This document shows, in pieces, positions 38,372-52,260 of a stretch of 64,000 nucleotides of DNA; the stretch's first letter is position 1; each line of letters starts with the position of its first letter. The DNA is from Kudoa neothunni (taxonomy: Eukaryota > Animalia > Cnidaria). The notes under the pieces are model-generated. The model was not told the origin of the DNA. It saw nothing but the letters and a program-made list of their open reading frames with translations, and made no database searches. The position numbers and the translations under genes were made by a program. The stretch is from NCBI GenBank assembly GCA_964304625.1, contig OZ199838.1, positions 5,530,178 through 5,594,177 on the forward strand, read 5' to 3'.

Positions 38372-39521
38372 TCAATTTCATCCTTATCGACATACATTCT
38401 CTGACATTTTTCGGCATTTCGATATTATTTCATTGATCTTTTATTGACAATACAAGTTGTCATTTTTTGCAATCTGTGTATTATGCTATCTGTAATAGAA
38501 TTTATATAATACAAGTGAATTCATATATTTTATTTTTGAATTTTGATGAAAAACTTTTGGTTTGTATTTGTGAATAAAGTAAATACTAATTAAATAAGTG
38601 TTCTTATCTGCCAATTCGTTTGAATTATTTCTTTAATTTTTTTCTTAAAAATTCAGAAAAATGAGTTAACGCTGAATAAGCATATTGGCTGATAAATGGG
38701 TTTCTATTGAAATATTAGAAATAAATATAAATGATTTATATATTTTTTAAGTATTTCTAATTTACAAAAATTGAATTTTAGTTCAACAGATAATCATTTA
38801 TAAAACATGAAATTTTACCGAATTTTAATTTTATAACCAAATTCTAATTAATAATGCCACTATTCTAATATATGACTTCATTTGGTTTTATTAATTTAAA
38901 AAATAAATTACATGACCTCATATAAACAGTATAATACTTTTTTGATTCTAATGAATATTGATATCAAAATTATAAAATTTTTTACAAAATCTCTTATTAC
39001 TCCTTACATTTTTACAAGACTAATCATCGTACTCATACCATCTAAATATAAGAATAATTTTGATCAAATTAACTGTATGTAAAAAGAAGGGAATTAGTGT
39101 GTTTGCATCAACATAATCGTATGCGCCAGCAACATTTGTTTCTGATAGAAGAATATGTGGAAACCCTTAGTTATAGAAACGTTAACACTTACGCGACGAA
39201 CGGGGTATTTTAGGAACCCCAATTATTTTGTTTTCCGAAATTTCTATTCTTACCTTTTTATTTTCTTTATAATTTTCCGTATAATCTTTTAATATCAAAA
39301 ACTTTAATCTAAACTAGCAAAAAATTCTTTCTTTAAGGTTATAAAATAATAGACTACTTTTTTAAACCAGTATATAATGAAGAATAATGTGTCAAAATAT
39401 CTTTAATTTGGCTCTTTAAAATTATTCTTACATTTTTATAAATCTTCACACATTTCGCCATTGAATGGTTCAAAAAAATATTAGATTTGCAATATTCATT
39501 AGGCCTGCCAATAAAATATCA

Positions 39522-40655
39522 GGTAATGGTAAATTTATGCGGCACCTAAGAAACGTCCTCTTACGCATTTTTTTCGCATTTCTTTGTTCATTATTCTTGA
39601 TAATAAAATAATATGGAGAGAGAAAATTTGGCTCAAAACAATAGTTTCAAAATTTTGATAATTTTTCATCCGAATGCAGCTGGATACACGTGTAATCTTT
39701 ATCTTTTTTCAAAAAACATTGAATTGATCTCTAATTTGTTTTGATAATCATTTATAAATTCGTTCTATTTCGTATTATTCACCACATAAACACAAATTTT
39801 ATAATATCAAATTTAATTATACAGGTTTTTATAGGTTTTAAACATGAATAGTTTAAAGGCGAGACGACAAACACGTGCTCTTAAAATATATTTTCTTAAT
39901 TGTCTTGGAGCTGACGAGTTTTTTCAATAATTAATCAACATTTTATTTCAATGGGGAAAATAACTTAAAGCAGATTATAGGAAGTTATTACTGCTGAGGA
40001 GTAATTCTTACATGTGTGTTAGTATAGCATAGGATAAACATGAAAATGTAGTTATAAAAAAACTTAAAAATAAAAAAATTGTTATTTCTATAAAATTATT
40101 AGTTTTAATCAATTATATATGTACCGATTAAAATAATAACCCTAGTTAACATATTGTGTTCACATCTTGTAATATTCCCAATTAGTATATTTTGTCGAAT
40201 TGTTTGTTAGGAAATTTCGGTATATAAAAAAAACTTATAAAACAATAAAAATATATTCTAACATTTTTTTTCCAACGTTTTACACATACTTCAATGTAAA
40301 AAGATTAATAAAAAATCATAAACTAAAACAAATCTTACTACATTAATATCTATATTCAAAAGTTCACAAAGTATTTTATTAAAGCGAAAAATCTAAATAG
40401 TAATAATAAATAACTTTTGAATTAATAACTAAGAAAGAAACAATGTAATTCAATGTTTGTTGAAAAAAAGATGGAAATTACATGTGTATCCGACCGCATT
40501 CGGATGAAAAATTCTCAAAATTTTGAAGTTATTATCCTGAGCCAATTTTTTTCTCTTCATATTCTTTTATTTTATTATCAAGAATCGTGAAAATGAAATG
40601 CGATAAAACATGCGCAAGAGGACTTTTTTTAGGTGCCGCATACTCTTCCATTACC
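39522..40655. mobile_element. Long-TIR MITE with GGTAATG ends (Merlin-like)
   Basis: About 190-bp imperfect inverted repeats beginning GGTAATGG and ending CCATTACC, the same terminal motif as the Merlin at 53134. Appears to sit inside a TAGG...CCCTA hAT-like MITE (about 39500-40830). Confidence 0.75.
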
Positions 40656-41095
40656 ACAATCAGTTAGGTTCCCTTATTAAGTAAAATCAGTCAATTTGAG
40701 AGAAAAAAAACTTTTTTTGAATAACTAAAAAATTTTGCGTAATCTCATTAGAATAAAACAATTGAAATTTAAAACGTGGGCATGCGTAGAATATGGTATC
40801 GGAAAGGTTATCGGTATCGGTGCAACCCTAGTATTTAGTGTTTAAAGGTCTTTGAATCTATCATATTTATTTAATTTTAACTAAAAATTAATTTATAAAC
40901 GAATGAAAGGAATAAGAGTATGACAAAGTTTTGATATTATCCTGAGATTTTTGTAAGATACGGGTGCTCTTAGTAGCATATTAATTTTGAAAGCATAGGT
41001 CGATTAATATTTAATTTTTTTCCAGCCGGGTTTTTCTTTTTACACCAACCATGATTTTTACCATCGAATGATAATTATAACAGAAAAGGTAGTTA

Positions 41096-42866
41096 CAGCA
41101 ATGCCCCGATATTGCGTAATTAAAGATGTTTCGATGTTTTCTAACTTAACAAATTTCAACAACGTTTTCTATTTAACAGTTAACGTGTTTAGAAATGTGA
41201 TCATTAATTTTTGGTTCAATCTAATTTAAAATTATGGAAGTCGGTGGTCTCCTTATTGCGTGGCTTTTTTGATGAAATAATCCGATTAATCCTATTTTTG
41301 ACCCCCAAAGTAACGGTGGGACGATCTCAGAGAAGTATAACAAGAAAAAATTTAAATAATTCAATATTACGATTCGATTAAAGCAATACCAGATGCCACA
41401 ATGATGACAATGAAACATTTTAACCTACCAAGTAATGACTGGATTTTAGCTTTCAATAAATCAAGATAACTCATTCCTCTCTGGATAGAATATTATCAAA
41501 AAAGAACAAACTTATTAGTTCAAACGTTTTAATTGATCGAATACGAGTTTCTTGGAGAAAATACACTCAGATTGAAAATGAGTTGTATGTTTGGATTGTA
41601 AGCATGCGAGAGAAAAAAGAATATCTCCAAATTTATAATTAAAGGAAAGGCGATGCTTATAGCAAGTAAACTTCGAATCAAAGATTTTCATTCCAGTAAT
41701 GGGTGGTTTTGCAATTTCAAAAAGCGGGTCAGTTTGAAAAACCAAAAGCTCCACGGAGAGGCAGGTAGTGCCGATACGATGGCAGTTACTAAATGGATTA
41801 AACAATGTTTGGATGTAATAAATAATTACAATCATGAAAATATGTTTAATCTCGACGAATGTGCTCTTGTTTGTGAACAACTTCCCTAGCGTACTTATAC
41901 AATAAAAAACGAGATCGAAGTGAGGGGTTTTAAACGATCAAAAAAAGAGTGACCGTGTTGGTAACTGCATCTTTAGTAGGAGAAAAACTTCCGCTTTATG
42001 TTATTGGTAAGTTTCAAAAACCATTTTTTTAAAGGGGTGAATAATTCCCCCTGCAGATATTTCGCTCAAAAAATGGTTGGATGACAGAAGCCATTTTCTA
42101 TGAGATATTAAAAGATTTGTATAATAAATGTATTCGAGAGAGTACAAATGTTCTTATGATATTAGATCAATGCCCTTTTCACCCTCAATCAATTAATTCA
42201 TTTAAAAACATCAAATTATTATTTCTTCTAAAAAAATACCGCCAACATCGCACAACCAATGGATCTCGGCGTTATTCATAATCTCAAGATAAACTACAGA
42301 ATAATATTGGTTAAAAATTTTATATTTGACAATGATGACACAAATATTCTGAAATACACCATATTAGATTGTACAAATACACTAAAAATGTTTGGAAACA
42401 GTTAGTAATTCAGCTATAATAAATTGTTTAATATACATAACGAAAAATCATTAATCGATTGTAATAGTGAAAATCAGAAAATTATTGATGGTATTAATTG
42501 TCGCTTGTCTGGTTTGATTATATTAGATGACCTCGATGACGTTGACGCTATGGAAGAGACTAAAACTGTTCATGATGATGGATCTGATGGTTACAACACA
42601 AGCAAATTAAATAATTCTATGTGTCCTGAAGACCCCGATTTTGATTTAGAAGAAGAAACAACTAAAAGCCTCGATCAGCACAATTAGAAAGGCCTTTATA
42701 GCCGAAAACCCTTCAACTTTTCCCTCTCTACATCTCACCATGGGTCACTTATACATAATATTCATAAAGTGAGAGAAACAAACTAAAGCAGACAGTTATC
42801 TCGTCAACAAATAAAATATTATTATAGCTGCGCATGCGCGACTCTCATTATATTGGGGTCTTACTG
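41096..42866 (+). mobile_element. Decayed pogo/Tigger transposon
   Basis: TA|CAGCAATGCCCCGATAT ... ATATTGGGGTCTTACTG|TA. Remnants SNGWFCNFKKR, LHGEAGS, FNLDECAL, GEKLP, WMT, LDQCPFH and QPMDLGVI. Confidence 0.88.
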
Positions 42867-44166
42867 TATTTAAAAATAAGGAAATATTCCTTCTTTTTAA
42901 TATCACCATTGCAAAATGTAATTAACGAAAACTTTCGGATATCTTTGTTGTGGCGGTTTTGTCGGTTGTTCCTTTCAGAGGATAAATTCGCTTGAAAATC
43001 AACCTTGAGTTTTCCAATAATTAGTTAATAGCTTTATACACGCATAACCTATATTTTTGAGGAATTTCTTGTTTATTCTCGCTTTTGTTCTTAAAAGTGA
43101 TGGTTACGAATTGCTTGCAATTTTTCCTAGCTGGTTAAATATCTCTATGTTTTGGGGGGTTACTTTTATTTTGAATTAAGTAATAACCACATAAAACAAA
43201 TTTTTTACTACTGCGAACGAATTAAGTTGAAAAACCTCTGGGGTACCATAGGTATCCCCTTCGGCACACGCGTAAGTTTTTCGAGTTCCGTCTTCGGGGG
43301 GTTAATAAGTTTTGTGTTTTAGTAATTTCACCTCCTTATATTACCATTGGGCATGTAATTTTTGAGTCAAATCGATTTCGATTTATTTAAACCGTCGATT
43401 TTGCCAGGGTGGTTCGACGTTTATTTTTTCGGATTATTTCAGAAAGGATGCTTAATAAGAATGGGCAGAAAAAGGTGTAATTTGGAGAATTACATTGAGC
43501 ATTGAGTTAATTTGGAAATTATTTAAAATGAATTTGTTTACAAATAATGCAAGTTATAGTTACCTATTAAACAAATCCATGTGCAAAAACATATTACATT
43601 ATTGAAGCATCGTTCAATGATAGACTCGTTAAAGCATGTCTCTTCTCGCCCTTTTTGTTATTTAGATACCATAAAAATCAAAAAATAAAGATTTGTTTTG
43701 TTCCAGCTGTAGTGTATGATGGATTGCCGTTTAAAATTATGGACAGTTAGGAAGACTCAGAAGTTTTTCCTAAAATTATTGTCCCACAGAACGTTCACTT
43801 TCGAATGCAAAAACTTTTGTTGATAAGCACTTACATTAATTAAATGAAGGAATTTTAGCAACGTCAACTTTGCAGATAATTTTGAAGGATCCTTAAAATT
43901 AAAATTACCGCTGTTTCGATCGCAGTAAAAAATTTTTCAGAGATTAGACATGTTCTTTCAGGGGAGAGAGTATCTCGTTAGAAAGAAGAAATCTCTATGG
44001 TACTATAATTATATTAAATCAGTGAAATTAAATATAATTTCATTATATTCTGTGTAATGTTAATTTGAGTTTTTTGCGTCAGAGATGTTTGTGTAGCTAT
44101 GTGTATAATCTCCTCTGTGTAAAAGCATCGAACAATTAGACGTTTATTCATAGACGTCAATTTAAA

Positions 44167-45169
44167 CTGGGGTCTCAAAACTTTTTTTTTGTCGACCCCC
44201 TCCAAAGATTTTATTAAAAATATCAAAGTATATTCAGCTTTTTGACTGGAAAAAGTAAAAATATGTGAAATATATCGCATTAATATCCGATTTCCAATAT
44301 ATAATTAAATGAAAAATTATACTAACCCCAAAAAAAACTTTTACAAACGATGTTTCATCAAAATATATCAGTCAAATCTTAGATATTTGTAAATTTACGC
44401 GGAAATTTATAATCAAGTCATGGGAAAAAACAACTATATTAAAAAATTTATCATAATGAATCTGTTTTTCATCATAAATAATATTCGGTTGGCCTTCCAA
44501 GTTATGTCGCTTGTATATGATTTTAGTTACATACTTTTGCACAAACATAAATACAACGGCAGATTTTAAGATTAAGTTTCATCGTATATGGATAAGATAA
44601 TATTTATTCATGGCTGCCTCTACAGATAAATAAGAATATCTTAATCCTTACCCTAAGATAGTGTTCCTTACTCTGGGGTTGATTGAAGAAATTTTTAAAT
44701 GTTCACAGGGGTCACATTTGCAGATTAATGTAATTATTTTCGTAACTTTTGTAATTTTTATTCAAATCAATTTTAAAAATTTAACTTATCCTTCCTAATC
44801 AATTATAAACTTAATATGAACTATCGTTTTTGTTGTATATACTGTTGATATCAATCAATACTGATGATCACTCAAATTTAGGGAAAATAAAGCCAGTGTA
44901 TTCGCTAGTTTTTATGAACTACAAAGTGCCTCTACACAAATGAAAAATATTGAATTATATAATTAGGAAAGGTGCAGATTGGTTTTAACTTAAAAATAAA
45001 ACACAAATGGTATGGGGTAGTTTTAATTAATACAATTAGATAATGTAGAATGGAGTAGAAAGATGAAAAGCATCACCTTAAAAACCTATAAAATTTTGTG
45101 GAATCTCTATAACAAGTATCGACCTATCGACTCCCTAGATGGTCTCCTCGACCACATTGGAGACTCCTG
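44167..45169. mobile_element. hAT (Charlie-type) MITE
   Basis: CTGGGGTCTCAAAAC ... TTGGAGACTCCTG, with flanks atttaaac/atttaatc. Confidence 0.65.
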
Positions 45170-45529
45170 ATTTAATCCGTCAATTCTTCCAAAAATAAAC
45201 GTCGAAACTTGCATGCCCTAATCACATGCAAGAATAAATAAGATTATCTACTATATACATATGATACAGTTATAAACAGCATATTAGAACATAATTTAGC
45301 ATGATAATGATCTACATCTAAATCAGCTAATAATTTCTCAAAATTCATCACACATCACAAGACGAATTGGCATTAGTTAATAATATTATTATTTTATTCT
45401 CGTTAATATTTTGACTCAATCTTGAATTATTTGAAAATATTAGTGAATAATATTTCATTACCCGGAATAAACAAAAATATCTGTTTATTTCAGAAATTGA
45501 CACTTATGAGGTATAACATATTCCTTTAA

Positions 45530-46397
45530 ACCTCGAATACCTGGAGGTGGCCGATCAACGCTTATTATATCATTAACTTTTACAGAATATTTTAGTTCCT
45601 TTTTTCCCACGATGTATTTTAAAGTATAATGGGGTTTTACGTTCAATATTTCGTTTGAAATAAAAAGAAGAAAAAAAGTTACACATATCTTAAGATGACC
45701 ACCATATAAGTAATAACGTTTAGATCGTTAAAGTATATAAAAAAGCTTTTCTGTATTAAAATAAAAGTTATAAAGGTATTTGAAGAAAAGAATTTATATA
45801 AATTCATTATTTTGCTTCTATAACAAGGTGATTCTGTTAACTAATTTTATAAGACATGGGAATCGCGCATATTATAATAATTTTGTTAAATTACATATCA
45901 ACAACAAGTAACAAGTTAAATACAATTGTTTAAAGCTTAATCTACACCATCTTATCGTAATTCAAAAATTCCAAATCTAAAAATCCGTTGACTGTATATA
46001 TTTAACATATTTCTGTCAGCAGGGGAAGTGATTTCATAATAAAATCATGGATTTCGAGAAGAAAAGAAAACCTCATCTGTTAAAATAATAATAAGAAGAA
46101 AATGCGAAAAATGAAAAAATAATAAGACTGTTTATCTCTCATGCTTCACGCTATTCAAAGTGTATACACGCATAATTATTCCTGTTCCTCGCACTTGCGC
46201 AAACAGACATCACAAAAATGCATCATTGATTAATTATTCTTAAATTTGTTATATTTTAAATGGAAAAAATAACCTAAATAATTATGTTCTTAATCTTAGA
46301 TGTAACAACTATTATTTTAATACATTTTGCGTGTGGTTACCCTGGCCACCTCCAGGTATTCGTGTAACTTTTTCCCTCAGGTGCAGGTGTTCAAGGG
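45530..46397 (+). mobile_element. piggyBac-like MITE, copy A
   Basis: TTAA-type flanks and subterminal inverted repeat GAATACCTGGAGGTGGCC / GGCCACCTCCAGGTATTC. Collinear with 56077-56958. Confidence 0.82.
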
Positions 46398-46601
46398 CTA
46401 AAGACCTCATTTTATCAAAATTACTAATTTAAAATTTTATCATCAAGAGAACATTGAGTTTATGCAGGTTTCATTAAAATGGAAACAGGCACGCCCCACA
46501 TGCGACGTATATTGTGCGGAGTTTGTCGATAGTTTGCGAAGTAATTAAAAAAGGCTCAAAAGGGACACTTCATTATTATTTAACTTTAGAATCCATATAA
46601 T

Positions 46602-49600
46602 ATGGCTTCTAATTCTTCAAAGTATTCATTAATTTTATTAAATGGATTTTAATATTAATCAAAATAAAGTTGTAAGCGTATACTGATACAGCTAAGACAT
46701 AAAGATGAGGAGGATTCCGGTATGAGTTTGGATTTGGCCAACGATATCACGACAAATGAACTACAGACTCTCTGTGAAAAGCTGGATAAATCTTATGAGG
46801 TGGATTTGTTTTGAGTTATGGTGTATTCTAAGTGTAGATTAGCCTGGCACGGTTTATAAATTTACACTGAATCAAGCTGTGATTGTTGGGTCGTTATCGG
46901 ACACCCTAACAAAAATCAATCACCCCTCTGAAAAAATTGCCGAAATTGTGTATAGCGCCGTGAGAATATTTCGTGTGAAATCTGTCACTCGATGCTCATC
47001 TACATTGGGGGGTATATTTCCAATAACTTGACTCTTTGTACCCATTTGAAAATTGTTTCTACAGCACACATTTAGGTCATGGACAGGCCATTGTTAGTGT
47101 TGCGTTTAGTCCTGATGCACAGTCAATCACTACTACTCGGACTCTTTTTAAATATTTGTAGAAATTTGGCTACCGGATCTGGTGACAATACTGTTCGACT
47201 GTGGGATCTTGTCACTGAAACACCCAAATTTACGCTGAAAGGTCCTTAATTGTGTTTCTCAACTCTAGCTAGCGACAATTTTTAACTTTACTTTGTAGGT
47301 CATAAACACTGGGTGTTAGCCTTGGCATGGTCCCCAGACGGTAAAAAATTGGCCTCCGGATGCAAAAATGGGACTGTATGTGTTTGACTTTCTTCATCTC
47401 ATCAGTTGATTTTTGATTGTGTTGTCTAGATTTGTTTGTGTGAATCCAAACAATGGAGAACAGTGCGGCAAAACACTTACTGGACATAAGGGATGGATTA
47501 ACAGTTTGTCATGGAAACCAGCGCATTTGTAATATTGTAACCATTGCCCTTATTGAATGATTCATAGAGATCCGGAATGTAAACTAATAGCCAGTTGTTC
47601 AAAGGACAACTCTATCATTATCTGGAATACAATAACCTGTGAACGAGTGATAACTCTTACAGGTCACACTCAAAGCGTAACTTGTATCAAATGGTCAGGA
47701 ACAGATCATATATTTTCGTCTTCCCAAGACAGAACCATCAAAATGTGGAATTCTACTGTATGTCTCATATGTGCACGCATATTATAGTATCGAGATGCAT
47801 TATTACCCACCTAAAAAATAACAGTTTAATCCGCCTTAAACGAGTAATTGAGCGAAAAGTGACAGGTTGTGATACTTGACCAGTTTAAATATAATCCTAT
47901 ATCCCAAAGTCTGTTTGCGCATCATCCATTTTAATCCTCGTGGCTACTATCTATGAGTGACATACGTCCATAATTCCCTCTAATCTGCTGCAATAAATTA
48001 TTTTTGGCCTATTGTCGTTTTTTATGTCTAGCAATAGTTAACTACATTAAAAAACATAGATGGGATTAAATTTATATTGGTCGATAGACGCGAACAATTT
48101 TTGTGAGTTACAATAAGGTCTCGATATTACAAGGTCCGGTATAGGGTAGTCGACATTTTCTTCAAATTTCTGTAACCAACATTGTAACCTTTTCGATGTA
48201 TATAGTCTTCTACCTTAGCGCTATTCCCCAAAATACGAAAAAAACATTTTGAAAATGCATTTTTTTGCAAAATTCAGGGTTTTGCTATTGGGTGGTGGTT
48301 ACTTCAATTTTAATCCGATTAATCTACTAAATTACACATTCGAACGTTTGGTACAGTGAAAGAAGAAAGAAGTTTTGGTAAAAAATTGGAACTATTCAAT
48401 ATTATGATTCAATTACCTCAACCTGAAATGCCAAAAAGTTACTTTGTAACACCAGATAATATCATAAATTCTGTTATTGTGAGTTTTTATTAAAATTAGT
48501 TATCCTTCTCTGAATAGAATTTTATCTAATACATCTGATATAATAAACTCCAATGTTGTTCTCCTCAGTAAAGTAATTACGAATAAAAAATACATCCAAC
48601 TTCATATCGAGGTATATGGTCGGATTGTGTCAGAACACCAATAAAAAGGAAAATATTCGAGAGTTTTTTATCATTGAGTAGGCAAAACTTTTTGCTGATG
48701 ATCTTAAATCACTGGTTTTAAATGGAGCAAAAAGTTTCTACTTACAAATTTTAAGATTCTCTGTTGTTTAAAAATTCACTCTTCGCGGAGAAGGGGGAAA
48801 GTTGATGATAATATTGTTAAGGATTAAAAAATCAAATTGTTTAGGGTAAAAAGTAGATATGTAAAAGAAAAACATATTAAATCTCGGTGAGACCGCTCTT
48901 TTCTACAAACAATGCACTAAACGAACATATGATATGAAGAAGGAGCTGAATTAAAAGGAAATGAAACAAACAATCACAAAACCTGTAATAGAATTATAGA
49001 GTGCTTAATTTATAGGTATAAAATTCCCCCATAGTGCCATTGGTAAACTTAAGGAAAAACCCTGCTATAAAGGAAATTTATAAATTTTCTGTTAAATATT
49101 AACGATCAAAAAAATGGTTGGAGAGCTCTTCAACTATCTTCATGATATTTTAACCCTAGAAGGTTCAGTATGCCCTTTTTTGGTCCAAAGTTTAATTAAA
49201 TGCTTATAAAATTATAGGATATTCTATATCACAAAATTAATGTTACGTAAAATATATCATAAATTTTATGTAATTATATTTACAGGAATCAACAAAATAT
49301 GTTCATCCTATTGTATGTTTTTTGTCAGATTTTTCAAAAAATTGGCGAACGATGAAGAAAAGTTCGCATATTATTAAATCGACGTCTTCCACATCTTTAA
49401 TTTAATAATACAACAAAGATAGATCATTTTTTTTGTTAAAAAATAAAAAATTTATTCTCTGTTTGGATATTGTGAGTTGAACGAATAAGGAGGGTAAGAA
49501 TAATGAAAGTAGGAATGTGAAATTGTTTCTCAGAGTTCTCTATAATGATCTTTTCTCTTTCATCTTTATTTAAAATAGGCCTTATTATTATTTACTATTA

Positions 49601-51344
49601 ACTGATGAAAATTATAACTCAGTAAGACTTTAAGAGATGGGATGTTATTGAAAAAACAAAAGTGTGGTGATCGTTGAATTGAGCCAGCTCCATGGATAAA
49701 TTTATCTTATTAAGTCATTCATAGTTTATGATTCAAAAATTTTATAATTTCCATAGTTTATTGCATTAAATTACTCGTGAAAATGTAAAAGATAATTTGT
49801 CTTTTTCAGAATTTATCTGCCCTCAATCAACATGGATGCAAGTTAAACTTAAAATACCGAATTGTTTATGCCAATTTGTTTCTATTAATCAAATATAAAC
49901 CTAAATTAAATAAATGACGATGAAATGAATCATAAACACAAGCCCGTGTAGCATTTTAATCAAGTGCTAACCAAAATTTCAGTGCACTTTATCCGAAAAT
50001 CCAAACAAAAAGTTGTTTCGGGTATTGAATTTGTTTCTAATATACGTCACTTTCAAATAAATTTTAAAAAATTGTTCGGAAAACGAAATTTCCATATGAA
50101 TGAAATTTGGATAAATGGATAGACTTTATTGGAGTGAATTAAGAAATTTCTGGAATTTATGCCTTTATCGGAATTAAAAGACCCCAACCTATTTTTTCAC
50201 CTTGAAAATATCAGTTGGCGATAATATTGTAGGGTCTTTGTTACCATAACATAATTAACGACATTTGTAATAAAAATGATTAAGTTGAATGGGATAAGTG
50301 ATTACTTTAATTTTTAATAGGAAAAAATAATAAAGAAAACTTTAAGATAGTTTTCTCTAGAATCATTATTTGGCTAATTATTACTTAATAGGAGCCTCAT
50401 GCAATAAAGACACTGAGTGGACATGCTCATTGGGTTAATCATTTAGCACTTTCTACAGATTATTCGCTTCGCTATGGCCCATTCAACTATTTGACAGCTA
50501 CACCATATAATAATGAACACATAAAACAACTAACTAATGACACAATCAAATCAAAAAGCTATGAAAATTATAAAAAGGTTTTATTTCCATATGCATTCTC
50601 ATAGCGATTTATAGCTTAAAATTAGATTGTTGGTGAGCAAGAAGAACGTTTAGTTAGTTGTTCGGATGATTTCACATTATTTCTTTGGCGACCGTTCTCA
50701 TCGAATCAACCTCTCACACGAATGACTGGTAGATTTCTTACATGTTGTGCCATTATCTGATAAATTTTATTGCGATGTTTTGATGTTGAATTCTATAGGT
50801 CATCAAGGCCCTATAAATCATGTGGCTTTTTCACCAGATACTTGTCTCATAGCTAGCGCATCATTTGATAAGTCAATAAAAATATGGGATGCGTATTGTG
50901 GCAAGTAAATTGTTTTTTGTTTTGTTTAGCGATTCTTTAAACGAAATTCTCCAGATTTATTACATCATTGAGGGGACATGTTCATAACGTTTATCAGGTA
51001 GTACTAAATTTGAGTGTGTTAATGATTGATTGTTATTCTTATTTTTGAAGATTTCGTGGTCAGCTGATAGCCAACTTTTAGCCAGTTGTAGTGCTGATAG
51101 TACAATTAAAGTGTGGAATGTTGCAAACCGTTGTATGTTGCACAATCTTGCAGGTCATGCTGACGAGGTAAATTTCGGTATTCACTCTTATTACAAAAAA
51201 CTTTGTTGTGAATGTAGATTTATGCTATTGATTGGTCTCTCGGTGGTGAGCATTTGGCTAGTGGGAGCAAAGATGCTCAGTTGAAAATGTATTGTCATTT
51301 TGGTGTATTTCATGTACTAATAACCATTTAGTTGGAGATGTTAG
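46602..51344 (+). CDS. NLE1: Notchless homolog 1 (Rsa4), NLE domain plus WD40 repeats, multi-exon
   Basis: [87 protein letters not shown] and HNLAGHADE. 2.6-kb TE-filled intron 47758-50391. One apparent +1 frameshift near 47441. Confidence 0.95.
48111..50245 (+). mobile_element. Heavily decayed pogo/Tigger remnant in an NLE1 intron
   Basis: TA|CAATAAGGTCTCGATATTAC start and [12 protein letters not shown] remnant near 48880. Ends approximate. Confidence 0.5.
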
Positions 51345-52260
51345 TATGTTGCTGTATGTATTTATTGAAAACACAAACACTTTTAGCTACTTTTGTTTAT
51401 TATTGTTAGTTCAAAACTCTTTTTTAATCGACCATTGGCCTAATGCGCCATGCATCTATTTTTCAATTAATATATCTCGCAATGAAGCTATTAACCTACT
51501 TCATATGTATTATAAGTAAATATTTCAAGTTTATCTACCTTCAAAGAAATAAAATAACTATTCATATCTTATTGTCGACAAAGGAACAATAAATTTTCAT
51601 CAGCATTTTCATAGCATGGACAATAGTGTTTCTCGACGTGGGTCCCACGCCCCACCGATGGGACGTGAAAAAATTTTGGTGGGACATAGAGATTTTTGAA
51701 CGTTTAATGAACCAATCCGGTGAAACGCGTAGAATCCTGAGTATTGGTGTGACTTGGATAATGGTGAGATACTGGACACTATGACGTACTTTGAAGCCAA
51801 TATTGCTATTTTCGATATCGCTGATTTTGAAGTAGCGGTTAATATCATAAAAATACAAAAAGAAATTATTTATTATATAGAGTTTAATAATAATATTTAA
51901 CGTGCCCTCATTCAAATAGAATCAGAATGGTTTAAATCTCAATCTTGTCTCATTTAAAATCATATATCCCCTTTTTTGATTAAACCTAATATAATATTGA
52001 TTGATTGATTGATTGATTTTTTAATTATATTATTTATTTTCGGTTCATTAGTCCTGTATACACGAAAGTCTTTCCTAATGAAGGTTGGATTGCTATGAGT
52101 TTCATTTGACGCTGTTTTGGATGGAATTAAAAATTAAAGATGTTAATTTTTAAGATCAATCGATAAATTAAGTTAGATCTAATCAAATTAATTATAATGA
52201 GAAAAGAAGTATACATTAATTGCTTTCAAATTTTAATGTGATAGGGAGCTTTATTCAAAA

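Larger units (their letters stand above)
39186..43301. mobile_element. Decayed piggyBac-like element hosting nested insertions
   Basis: TTAA|CACTTACGCG...GGGGTATTTTAGGAACCCC is mirrored by GGGGTACCATAGGTATCCCC...CGCGTAAG near 43240-43276, ending GGGG|TTAA. Confidence 0.55.
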
